A DNA stretch of 55,843 nt, taken from Caldisericia bacterium (GTDB lineage Bacteria > Caldisericota > Caldisericia > UBA6126). The stretch lies in assembly GCA_028700655.1 (NCBI GenBank), contig JAQVSG010000002.1, positions 1-55,843 of the forward strand, read 5' to 3'. The notes under the pieces are model-generated. The model did not search any database, was not told the origin of the DNA, and was given only the letters and a program-made list of their open reading frames with translations. Position numbers and translations under genes: made by a program. Positions 17,882 to 26,038 of the stretch are shown here, piece by piece; position 1 is the stretch's first letter; each line of letters opens with the position of its first letter.

Positions 17882-18498
17882 TTCTCCACCTTGTCTTGTA
17901 CTTCATTTAAAGTTTTGTTTTCTAGGTCTTCTAGTATACCATCATACAATATGTCTTTCATTACAGATTGACGTTCTTGGAATTCTTTGCAGTGTGTTTT
18001 AACCTTCTTGCGAAGGCGTCCTAAAAAGGCTAAGAAATCACCGTATGAAGAAGGAATCATTGTTTCTAATTTCTTTCGAAGTAACTTTGCAAAACCTGGG
18101 CATTCTCCTTGTGTGGAGATAGCAACAACCAGAGAACCACGCCGCACAATAGAAGGGACAAAAAAGTCACAATGGGGAGGATCATCGACAGCATTTACAA
18201 GGATATTCTTTTCATTTGCGATCATTTTAACCAGCACATTGATGCGGCTATCGTTGGTAGCTGTAAACACGAGATCTATATCGTTGACATCGGTAGGTAG
18301 AAACTCTCGCATTCTTAGATTCACGTTTTTTTCCTGCAGCCAGGTTTGTATTTCTTGCGTGATGTGGGGGCTTACTACGATGATTTCACATCCCGTTTGT
18401 AATAAAGATCGGATTTTCTGTGTAGCGATACTACCCCCACCAACAATTAATACTTTTTTTTTGTTCAAGTGTAAAAAAACAGGATAGAGATCTTTCAT
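17857..18498 (-). CDS. sirC: precorrin-2 dehydrogenase / sirohydrochlorin ferrochelatase (SirC / CysG N-terminal / Met8-like)
   Basis: YPVFLHLNKKKVLIVGGGSIATQK with a Rossmann fold. I chose ATG 18498 because it has an AGAAGG SD, rather than TTG 18513. Confidence 0.85.
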   Translation of the reverse strand: MKDLYPVFLHLNKKKVLIVGGGSIATQKIRSLLQTGCEIIVVSPHITQEIQTWLQEKNVNLRMREFLPTDVNDIDLVFTATNDSRINVLVKMIANEKNILVNAVDDPPHCDFFVPSIVRRGSLVVAISTQGECPGFAKLLRKKLETMIPSSYGDFLAFLGRLRKKVKTHCKEFQERQSVMKDILYDGILEDLENKTLNEVQDKVENCISTRLR

Positions 18499-18596
18499 TT
18501 GACCTTCTTTCAATGATTGTTCATGGAAATCTTGCTAGGGAGTATCAGTACGTAGTAAAAGTGAACAATTCTATAGCATTTGTAACTTTTTTACTT

Positions 18597-19292
18597 TTAC
18601 CGGATGATGGTCTGTTCGATATACTCTTTACAAATAGATTGGTAAGACTCAAGCAAAGGAAGTGGGGTACGTGGTTTTTTTTGATAGGAGGGATCGGGAA
18701 GATTCTCCCTAGGAACAAAGTGTTGCAAAACAAATTTTTGTACAGGTGCAATTTCTTTGCATATTTGGATCATGTCAGAATCCGTTTGTAGGCCTGGAAC
18801 AACTGTAGTTCGAATCTCATAATCAACGCCACTCTCTTTGAGTAGATGTATACTCCGCAAAATAGAGTTTTTTGAAATCTTGGTTTGGGTTACGTGTGAT
18901 AACTTTTCCATTGGCATTTTATAGTCCATGGCGACGTAATCGAGATATGGCAATGCATTTTGAAGAATGTCCGGGAACGAACCTTGGGTATCTAGTTTAA
19001 TATGAAACCCGAATGATTTTACAATGCGAAGCGTTTCTTCAAGGTAAGGTGACATCGTAGGTTCTCCTCCGGAAATAGAAACAGCGTCAATCCAATTGTT
19101 CTTAGCACGGAAAAGAATGTTTTGCAACTCTTTGACAGAAACCGATTCCTTTTTTTTGGGTATTAATTCTGGATTGTGACAATACCGACATTGAAAGTTG
19201 CACCCAGCGGTAAACATAAGAAGAGAAAGATGTCCTTCATAATCAATGGTGGATTCTTGGGAAAGATAGGTAAAAATTGCTGTGGGTTTCAT
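18597..19292 (-). CDS. nrdG: anaerobic ribonucleoside-triphosphate reductase activating protein (radical SAM)
   Basis: FTAGCNFQCRYCHN cluster motif and ISGGEP. It is the last gene of the nrd operon. Confidence 0.88.
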   Translation of the reverse strand: MKPTAIFTYLSQESTIDYEGHLSLLMFTAGCNFQCRYCHNPELIPKKKESVSVKELQNILFRAKNNWIDAVSISGGEPTMSPYLEETLRIVKSFGFHIKLDTQGSFPDILQNALPYLDYVAMDYKMPMEKLSHVTQTKISKNSILRSIHLLKESGVDYEIRTTVVPGLQTDSDMIQICKEIAPVQKFVLQHFVPRENLPDPSYQKKPRTPLPLLESYQSICKEYIEQTIIR

Positions 19293-19293
19293 T

Positions 19294-19689
19294 TTACAGG
19301 TCTTCTCTGGCTATATCCATTAATGCAACAATCTGCTCTTTCGTAATATAGCGGTGGTTTGCATAATCGGTTTGAAGCTGAAGGTAAGTAGGCATATATT
19401 CAATGCCCTGACTTTGATTTTTGATAGGTTTTCTGGGGTCTACCATTTTTTGATAACAACTTGTTTCATTGTCCCACTTCATAATTTGCAAAGCTGGGAT
19501 TCTCTGACCATTTATAGTTTCTGCTTTTGCATAGGCAACAAGACCTTCTATTTTCGACAGATTTTGTATGTCAGTAAAAAAAAGAGGATCAGATTCTTGA
19601 AGTACTTGTGCAAGAGTTCTTTGGAGTTCTTTGCAATGCGGGCAATTGTCTTTTCCATATACAACAATCATGAATGTTTTCTTTTTCAT
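19294..19689 (-). CDS. thioredoxin-fold redoxin (NrdH/glutaredoxin-like, CPHC active site)
   Basis: VVYGKDNCPHCKEL near the N-terminus of a 131-aa protein encoded between nrdD and nrdG. Confidence 0.7.
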   Translation of the reverse strand: MKKKTFMIVVYGKDNCPHCKELQRTLAQVLQESDPLFFTDIQNLSKIEGLVAYAKAETINGQRIPALQIMKWDNETSCYQKMVDPRKPIKNQSQGIEYMPTYLQLQTDYANHRYITKEQIVALMDIAREDL

Positions 19690-19703
19690 ACAAATCCTTC
19701 TTT

Positions 19704-22577
19704 CTACAACCTACAGGTTTCTCCGTCGCAAGAAGGTATCGGGGATACGGTATCGAAAGTAGAAGCAGAAATTTGATGTCCCTGTGGATGAATACCTTGG
19801 ATAAGATGAGCGGAGTTTGTTTTTTGTGTCGTATTGACACCATAATTTCCAGCATGGCGAGCATTGAGCTCTTCAATTTTTGATTTATTCCAATTGTTAA
19901 TCACACTGAAGTATCCGACAATTCTGGATATAGAATCAATATCTGTACTTCCACATTTGTCGCAGGTATCCTGTATTCCCATCATTTGGTGATGGCATTT
20001 GTTGCAATAAGAAAATTCGGGACTAATGGTTACTTGGGCTGTTTGTGTTTTGTAGAGTGTATTTTTTATTAGTATCATAATACTTTCTTTAGAGGGACGT
20101 TCTTCTCCTATGAAAGCATGAGTTATAGCGCCAGATTCGATAAGGCCATGAAACATACCTTGAACACGTATTCGTTCAACAATACCAATAGGAGCATCCG
20201 CAGATAAATGGACTGAATTTGTATAGTATACATTGTCATCTTCAATGCTACCTTTTACAATATCTTTTGCATGATCATGGTAGTATATCAAATCGGTTTT
20301 CGCCAATCGTCTAGCAGCAGATTCAGCAGGCGATTCTTCCAAAGTAAATTTTAAGTTGTATTTTTCGGTATATTCTCGTATTTTTATATTCATCGCCGCG
20401 ACAATTTCAATGGCTTTATCGACCATATCAGGGGAATCATGCATTTGTTTTCCAAACAAATAATGTAGGGCGTCGTTGACTCCAATTAAACCGATGATAT
20501 AGGTGCTTTTTTCAAGGTCAACATAAGGTCTTCCATCGTTGGATTCTTTACCAATTTGCCAAAGGGGGCTCCCTTTTTGCATCATCTTTTGTCCTACAAA
20601 ATCTTTTTTCATAAGATGAGCTTGTATAGCCATATCCATCGATTCATAAGTCTTTTCCAGAAGACCCTCTATGGTTTTCTTTCCATCCATAGCAGCAAGA
20701 TAAGCCGCTTGGGGTATGTTGATGGTTACATTCTGAAATCCGCAAAACCTCATTGTTTCAGGGTGCACAAGCATGTAATTGTCGTTAATTGTTGTTCGGA
20801 GGCGACAACAAGCAGAAAGTGTAACTTGGTCGCGATCGAAAATGAAATACACAGAACCGTTGTTTGCTGCCACTTCAACAGCTCTTTCTAAAACGGCTGT
20901 TTGTTTGGGATCAGAAAAAGACTCTTCACTCACATGGAAATCACATTTTGGAAACTCAAAAATACGACCATTTTTATCGCCCTTTTCCCATACGTCCAAC
21001 ATGACCATGGCAAATTTACGGGCCACGTCTTCGTAATCACCATAGGTACAAATGTGATATCCTTTAGTTTCATTCTGTTTGGCAATCTCTGGATCGTAAA
21101 CAATACTTCCTTCGTCATCAATCTTTTCTTGTAAAACTACTTCCTCTAGGTATAGGAGCTGCATACATTTGTGACCAGAAGAATGGTGGCTAGGAACTAG
21201 TTTTTCTTCTAAGAAGTGTTCTTCTCCATTGGAAAGACGCATTTTGTATTTACCACCTGCACAAATAGCAGGTACATTTTTTAAGTAGGAAGGGACACCG
21301 GTATGAATATTAAAATCAAGAAAAACAGTTTGACCTCCTCGCGCAAATGCATTTTGTGATCCGTTGAATATCAGTTCTTGGGCTCTTTGGTATAAAACGT
21401 CATCGGGCAATTCATTCAACAAGGGTGCGTACATAATGTTAATGTAGGCAACACCCAAAGCACCCGCATAATACGCTTGCATCGATGCAATAAATGTGTT
21501 TAGGTGACCTGTGAGTACCTGCGCAGATTTAGCAGGTTTTGATTCACTATTAAGATTGACCAGGCCAGTTAAACCGTATTTTTTTATGTATTCAATGGAG
21601 TGTGAAGAACAATAAACACGATCGGGGAAACCTAAGTCATGAATATGAATACGCCCTGTTGAATGCGCTCTTGAAAGGTCTGGACCATATACATAACGGA
21701 GAGCATATTGTTTTAGTATGTACTCACCAATAGTTTGTGTAACAGCTTCTGGGTTGTTGCTTTTGATATTGCTGTTTTCTTCAGATTTTTCAAACATAAT
21801 ATTTTCAAGAGTAGATTTGGCTACAGAAAATTGAGCTAAATCTTTTAACTGCGCAAGATATCCTCGATCTTCCAGCTCGTTGTTCACCATTTCCCGAATT
21901 AATGTAGTACCAATCTCGGAGCCCTGCCAGGCAAAAGCCTTATTCTCTACGGCTTTGGCTATGCTGTGCGCTTCAGTGTAAGATAAAGATGTTTCTTTCA
22001 TTAAAGAAGAAATGATTCTGGACTTATCCCATGGATGAACAATATTTTCAGAGGACGATTCAACCAAGAGCAATGCATCAGTAGAATCACGAGAATCTTG
22101 ACTGGCCTTGGTTCGAATTTTCAGTTGTTTTCGTATCGTTTCCCTTCGTTTTCGATATTCCTTGTAATACACCATCACTTCGGGATACCCTTCTTGACTC
22201 AATGTAATTTCGACTAAATCTTGAATATCCTCAATATTTGCGATTCGTTTTCCGTCTACTTCGTGCACAAAATAAATAGAGGTAGGGTTGTTGAGTTCTT
22301 CACATACCTTTTTTGCTACCTTTTCTGCATCGGGAACAGATACGTCTGGTATATTCTTACGTTGTACTTGATAAGACGCCATTTGAATTGCATTCGTAAT
22401 TTTGTCCATTTGAAACGGAACAACACTCCCATCTCTTTTTCGAAACCCATCTAGTACATACGAGTACAATGTGTCATTCAACGTTGTTGTAGTTGTGTTC
22501 AAGTCAAGATTTGTTTGCATTTCATATAGATTCATCATGAAAAGTTCCTCCTTTGTTTTGCAGTCCATGAATTTCAC
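19704..22577 (-). CDS. nrdD: anaerobic (class III) ribonucleoside-triphosphate reductase
   Basis: The ATP-cone is RKRDGSVVPFQMDKITNAI. The finger loop is LSACCRLRT and the Zn ribbon is CNKCHH...CDKCG. The glycyl-radical motif is SRIVGYFS. The start is ambiguous (22577, 22538 or 22520), and there is an extra ~50-aa C-terminal tail. Confidence 0.93.
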   Translation of the reverse strand: MKFMDCKTKEELFMMNLYEMQTNLDLNTTTTTLNDTLYSYVLDGFRKRDGSVVPFQMDKITNAIQMASYQVQRKNIPDVSVPDAEKVAKKVCEELNNPTSIYFVHEVDGKRIANIEDIQDLVEITLSQEGYPEVMVYYKEYRKRRETIRKQLKIRTKASQDSRDSTDALLLVESSSENIVHPWDKSRIISSLMKETSLSYTEAHSIAKAVENKAFAWQGSEIGTTLIREMVNNELEDRGYLAQLKDLAQFSVAKSTLENIMFEKSEENSNIKSNNPEAVTQTIGEYILKQYALRYVYGPDLSRAHSTGRIHIHDLGFPDRVYCSSHSIEYIKKYGLTGLVNLNSESKPAKSAQVLTGHLNTFIASMQAYYAGALGVAYINIMYAPLLNELPDDVLYQRAQELIFNGSQNAFARGGQTVFLDFNIHTGVPSYLKNVPAICAGGKYKMRLSNGEEHFLEEKLVPSHHSSGHKCMQLLYLEEVVLQEKIDDEGSIVYDPEIAKQNETKGYHICTYGDYEDVARKFAMVMLDVWEKGDKNGRIFEFPKCDFHVSEESFSDPKQTAVLERAVEVAANNGSVYFIFDRDQVTLSACCRLRTTINDNYMLVHPETMRFCGFQNVTINIPQAAYLAAMDGKKTIEGLLEKTYESMDMAIQAHLMKKDFVGQKMMQKGSPLWQIGKESNDGRPYVDLEKSTYIIGLIGVNDALHYLFGKQMHDSPDMVDKAIEIVAAMNIKIREYTEKYNLKFTLEESPAESAARRLAKTDLIYYHDHAKDIVKGSIEDDNVYYTNSVHLSADAPIGIVERIRVQGMFHGLIESGAITHAFIGEERPSKESIMILIKNTLYKTQTAQVTISPEFSYCNKCHHQMMGIQDTCDKCGSTDIDSISRIVGYFSVINNWNKSKIEELNARHAGNYGVNTTQKTNSAHLIQGIHPQGHQISASTFDTVSPIPSCDGETCRL

Positions 22578-23001
22578 TTACGAATTCATCGATGTCTCTA
22601 AAATCTTTATAAACAGAAGCAAAACGAATGTATGCCACAGGATCGATATTCTTTAACTCTTGCATAATAAGGGTCCCGATTGTAAGACTATGGACCTCTT
22701 TTTCATATTCTTTGCGGATGGTAGATTCAATAGAGTCAATCATGATTTCGATTTGTTGGGTCGTGACCGGTCTTTTTTCTGTGGACTTAAGAATTCCTGT
22801 TTTGATCTTTTCTCTATCAAAGGGTTGCCTTGATTGGTCGCGTTTTACAACCATAATATTTCCTACATCAATTCGTTCATAGGTGGTAAAACGTCTTCCA
22901 CATGTTAAGCATTCTCTTCTTCTTCGAATCGAATTACCAGTTTTCGTTTCACGTTTGTCTAAAACTTTATGCAAAGTAGAATTGCAAAATGGGCATTTCA
23001 T
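22522..23001 (-). CDS. nrdR: transcriptional repressor NrdR
   Basis: MKCPFCNS...CLTCGRRFTTYE zinc ribbon plus an ATP-cone. The start at ATG 23001 excludes the 10-codon extension in the ORF track. Confidence 0.93.
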   Translation of the reverse strand: MKCPFCNSTLHKVLDKRETKTGNSIRRRRECLTCGRRFTTYERIDVGNIMVVKRDQSRQPFDREKIKTGILKSTEKRPVTTQQIEIMIDSIESTIRKEYEKEVHSLTIGTLIMQELKNIDPVAYIRFASVYKDFRDIDEFVSEIHGLQNKGGTFHDESI

Positions 23002-23064
23002 TGTGTACTCCTTAGTTAAAAAAAATACCAAATTTATTCAGAAATGCAAGAGATTACTACAATA

Positions 23065-23082
23065 TATTGTGGTTATTTATGT
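23065..23082 (-). promoter_or_regulatory. NrdR box 1
   Basis: ACTACAATATATTGTGGT is a near-perfect palindrome that matches the NrdR-box core CAATATATTG. Confidence 0.7.
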
Positions 23083-23096
23083 TGCATTATCAATAT

Positions 23097-23112
23097 ATAG
23101 TTATTTTGGTTT
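23097..23112 (-). promoter_or_regulatory. NrdR box 2
   Basis: TATCAATATATAGTTA has its centre 31 bp from box 1, the typical three-turn tandem spacing. It overlaps the last codons of the upstream methyltransferase gene. Confidence 0.6.
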
Positions 23113-23601
23113 TTTGTCATAGGGAGTAGGTTTTTGAAAGAAAAACTTCTTTTTTGTTGCTTCTTGATACAGGGAATATTCATTTGAGAATACTTTTTTG
23201 AGTTCTCTTTCTTCGGAAGGGATAACAACTATAAAAATATAGATAAAAAAGAGCAAGGGGAGTAGGAAAAGAAGAAGAGAATTAAAAAAAAGCACAATTC
23301 CAATAAGTATTAGTTCCATGCCGTCATACATCGGGTGTCGCATAAAACGATACACGCCTGTTGTAATTGGTTTATTTGGGATTTTTGCTGGTTCTTCTAC
23401 ATGTTGATTCTTTTTTTGCATTCGATCTGCTGATAGATTTAAAACAAGACCTGTAATGATGATAAGGATACCGAAAAGATTATAGGGAAGGGGCATGAAA
23501 TGGATTTTGGGTAGTAGGATATACAAAGGAAGCGTGGCAAATAGTAAAAACAAAAAAACAAAAACGGGTTGTAAGAATGCTTTCATTTTCATCTCTTCCA
23601 A
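23101..23601 (-). CDS. isoprenylcysteine carboxyl / phospholipid methyltransferase-family membrane protein
   Basis: Multi-TM protein with the motif TTGVYRFMRHPMYDG. Confidence 0.7.
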   Translation of the reverse strand: MEEMKMKAFLQPVFVFLFLLFATLPLYILLPKIHFMPLPYNLFGILIIITGLVLNLSADRMQKKNQHVEEPAKIPNKPITTGVYRFMRHPMYDGMELILIGIVLFFNSLLLFLLPLLFFIYIFIVVIPSEERELKKVFSNEYSLYQEATKKKFFFQKPTPYDKKPK

Positions 23602-23678
23602 AAAGGGAATTTGTATTTAATTTTTCAAGAATTACGTTATTATAAGTAGAGTATGATTTATTTTTTGAGGAGTTCAAT

Positions 23679-24002
23679 ATGCGTTTTGGGATGAAGAAAA
23701 AAAATGTTTGGTGGTATATCGGATTTGTGATTTTGCTTTTTGTGGCCGTTTTCTTTATTACCATGTCTCTTGATTGTGTAGATTTAATGTGCTTCATCAT
23801 GCAAAATGTTCCTAGTATTTTTCTACTATTGGTATTGATTCTTTCTTTTCATTATCCCAAAGTGAGTTCTATTATAGCTATTCTTACGGGTATTGGGCTT
23901 GCTTTTTTGTTCGGCTTTACAAACCTGATACCCTTGTTGTTAACTGTTTTACCAGTTCTCGTAGGAAGCATTTTAATTTGGTTTTCATCGGTGCTTTCAT
24001 AG
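23679..24002 (+). CDS. small integral membrane protein, function unknown
   Basis: 107 aa with 3-4 predicted TM helices and a GAGGAG SD 6 nt upstream. Confidence 0.5.
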   Translation: MRFGMKKKNVWWYIGFVILLFVAVFFITMSLDCVDLMCFIMQNVPSIFLLLVLILSFHYPKVSSIIAILTGIGLAFLFGFTNLIPLLLTVLPVLVGSILIWFSSVLS

Positions 24003-24034
24003 AGGATTCGAAAAGTATTTGTGAAGGGGTTCGC

Positions 24035-24778
24035 ATGAAAAAATCGACTCGAATACAGAAGAATGCTACAGATGTACGACATTCTTTGCAACCTTCCGAC
24101 GGACAGACATTAATTGAGTATGCTCTTATGATTGCCGTTGTCGTTCTTATCCTAATTCTAGCATTTCCCAGTTTGAGCCGCTCGACCATAAATGTGTTTA
24201 CCAGATATGAAGACACACTCGATCAGGCCTCTGCTTTGTGGACTTCATCAAACATTGTGTTTCAGGACGATTTTCAATCTCTTGACAATTGGACAACAAC
24301 CAGAGGTGAATTCGATATCGATGAGCAAGGAAGATTGTACAATTCAAACAGCGGAGAGAATCGTTCTTTCATGAACTATCAAGGTAGCGATTTTCAAATG
24401 AGTATCGATGTTGCGCACCTTACAGAAGGACAAGGATACGGTGTTTGGTTTCGAGCTAGTGATATGGATTCACCTAGTGGTATTAATGGATATACATTCC
24501 AATACGATCCAGGCTATGGAAACGGAGCTTTTGTTTTCCGGAAATGGGAGAATGGTCATGAAAAAAGTCCCTTTGGACGCGTAGATGCAAGTGACTTTGA
24601 ATGGTATGATGAGCACGAGATTACACTCCAAGTGAATGGGAACACCTTTACTGCTTTTGTAAACGGAGAGCCTGTTGCCACAGCGCAAGACGATACCTAT
24701 ACTACTGGCGTTGTTGGATTACGAACATGGGGAAACTCCAAAGCCTACTTTGATGATATTACCATTGAAGAGGGATGA
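24035..24778 (+). CDS. Flp-type prepilin-like leader fused to a concanavalin/LamG-like (DUF1080-like) domain
   Basis: The start at ATG 24035 has a GAAGGGG SD. The leader reads ...SDG/QTLIEYALMIAVVVLILILAF, matching the G/XXXXEY Flp motif. The C-terminal ~190 aa are a beta-rich lectin-like domain (GYGVWFRAS, GYTFQYDPG, VVGLRTWG..AYFDDITIEE). Confidence 0.6.
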   Translation: MKKSTRIQKNATDVRHSLQPSDGQTLIEYALMIAVVVLILILAFPSLSRSTINVFTRYEDTLDQASALWTSSNIVFQDDFQSLDNWTTTRGEFDIDEQGRLYNSNSGENRSFMNYQGSDFQMSIDVAHLTEGQGYGVWFRASDMDSPSGINGYTFQYDPGYGNGAFVFRKWENGHEKSPFGRVDASDFEWYDEHEITLQVNGNTFTAFVNGEPVATAQDDTYTTGVVGLRTWGNSKAYFDDITIEEG

Positions 24779-24799
24779 TACAACTGAATTAATCTGTAC

Positions 24800-24828
24800 T
24801 TGACAGGCATGCTTTTTACTATTATAAT
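24800..24828 (+). promoter_or_regulatory. consensus sigma70 promoter (TTGACA-17 nt-TATAAT) of the lysine operon
   Basis: TTGACA at 24800-24805, a 17-nt spacer, and TATAAT at 24823-24828. Confidence 0.7.
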
Positions 24829-24856
24829 ACTATTACGACTTTGAAAAAAGAATATG

Positions 24857-25017
24857 TACGGAGGAGCGTTGTATACGTATTTCATAGTGCAAGAGGTAAA
24901 TCCTATGAAAAAGGGGTATAACGCCGAAGGGAATTTATTCCTCAAATAAATTCACCTGGATATACAGGAGATACTTGTATAGCTGCCATGAAGTCATCAC
25001 TTCTTGGAGAGCCGTTT
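24857..25017 (+). promoter_or_regulatory. lysine riboswitch (L-box) aptamer
   Basis: The conserved blocks occur in the correct order: ACGGAGGAGCG, AGTGCAAG, AAAGGGGTATAACGCCGAAGGG, CCTGGATATACAGGAGATACTTGTATAGCTGCCA, CTTGGAGAGCCGTTT. These closely parallel the Thermotoga and Bacillus L-box sequences as I remember them. The element lies upstream of asd-dap-lysC-lysA. Confidence 0.75.
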
Positions 25018-25081
25018 AGATGAAACCTTCCCGAGGATTTCTTTAAGACTTTTCAAGATTCACTATTCTCTGGAGGTTTTT

Positions 25082-26038
25082 ATGAAAATTGGTATTATTG
25101 GCGCTACCGGCCTTATTGGTAGAACATTGCTTTCCGTTCTCGAACACTCTTCTCTACCTATTGAAATTGTGTATTTATCAGCATCAACAAAATCAGAAGG
25201 TAACGATCGAGTTTTTCGAGACCGGCATTACAAAATTGCAAACACATCACTTGAAACCGTACAGCAAGTCTGTGACGTTGTTGTTTTGTCTTCGGATTCG
25301 TCGGTTTCTTCTACATGGTCTACACACATCCAAGAGTACGCTACCTGGATTCTTGACATTTCGAATGCACACCGTGACGATACTACGATACCCCTGGTTG
25401 TACCGGAGATTAATGGGGATACCTTACAACACTACAAAGGAATCATTTCCAATCCCAATTGTAGCACTATACAATTAACAAAAGCAGTATACCCGATACA
25501 AAAATTGTTTGGATTGCATAAAATTATCGTATCTACGTATCAATCGGTGTCTGGTATGGGACAGAAAGGACTCTCTTTATTTCATCAAGAACAAGGGCAG
25601 ACATTGGATAAAGCTCCATTGTCTAAAAATTGTACACCGTATATAGGACCTATTCAAGAGCATGGGTATTGCCAAGAAGAGTGGAAGATGATTCATGAAA
25701 CAAAACGAATTCTCTGTGATGATTCTCTTCTTGTGATTCCTACTACCGTCCGAGTCCCCGTCGAAATATCCCACGGTGAATCTATTTATGTGGAGACAAG
25801 AGAAGAGATAAACCTAGAACGATTGGTCAAATTTATACAGGAACAACCCTATATAACCTACGATGATACTTCTCTTAAAACAGCAAATGCAGTACATACA
25901 AACCAAGTTTTTATTGGTCGGCTCCGATATGTGGATTCTCATTCGTTGCAATTTTGGTGTATTGCGGACAATTTACTTGTTGGCTCAGCTTGGAATGCAT
26001 ATCAAATCATTCACGGTTTAGAAAGAAGGATTATATGA
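25082..26038 (+). CDS. asd: aspartate-semialdehyde dehydrogenase
   Basis: MKIGIIGATGLIGR, the active site ISNPNCSTIQL, and STYQSVSG. The start at 25082 has a GGAGG SD. Confidence 0.92.
   Translation: MKIGIIGATGLIGRTLLSVLEHSSLPIEIVYLSASTKSEGNDRVFRDRHYKIANTSLETVQQVCDVVVLSSDSSVSSTWSTHIQEYATWILDISNAHRDDTTIPLVVPEINGDTLQHYKGIISNPNCSTIQLTKAVYPIQKLFGLHKIIVSTYQSVSGMGQKGLSLFHQEQGQTLDKAPLSKNCTPYIGPIQEHGYCQEEWKMIHETKRILCDDSLLVIPTTVRVPVEISHGESIYVETREEINLERLVKFIQEQPYITYDDTSLKTANAVHTNQVFIGRLRYVDSHSLQFWCIADNLLVGSAWNAYQIIHGLERRII

Noticed and set aside
8686-18498. Interpretation of the tetrapyrrole operon as haem d1 (nir) biosynthesis
   Set aside because: No nirS, nirF, nirN or nirE-type context is present in the window, and both NirJ-like paralogs are present as expected for AhbC plus AhbD. 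It cannot be fully excluded without phylogeny.
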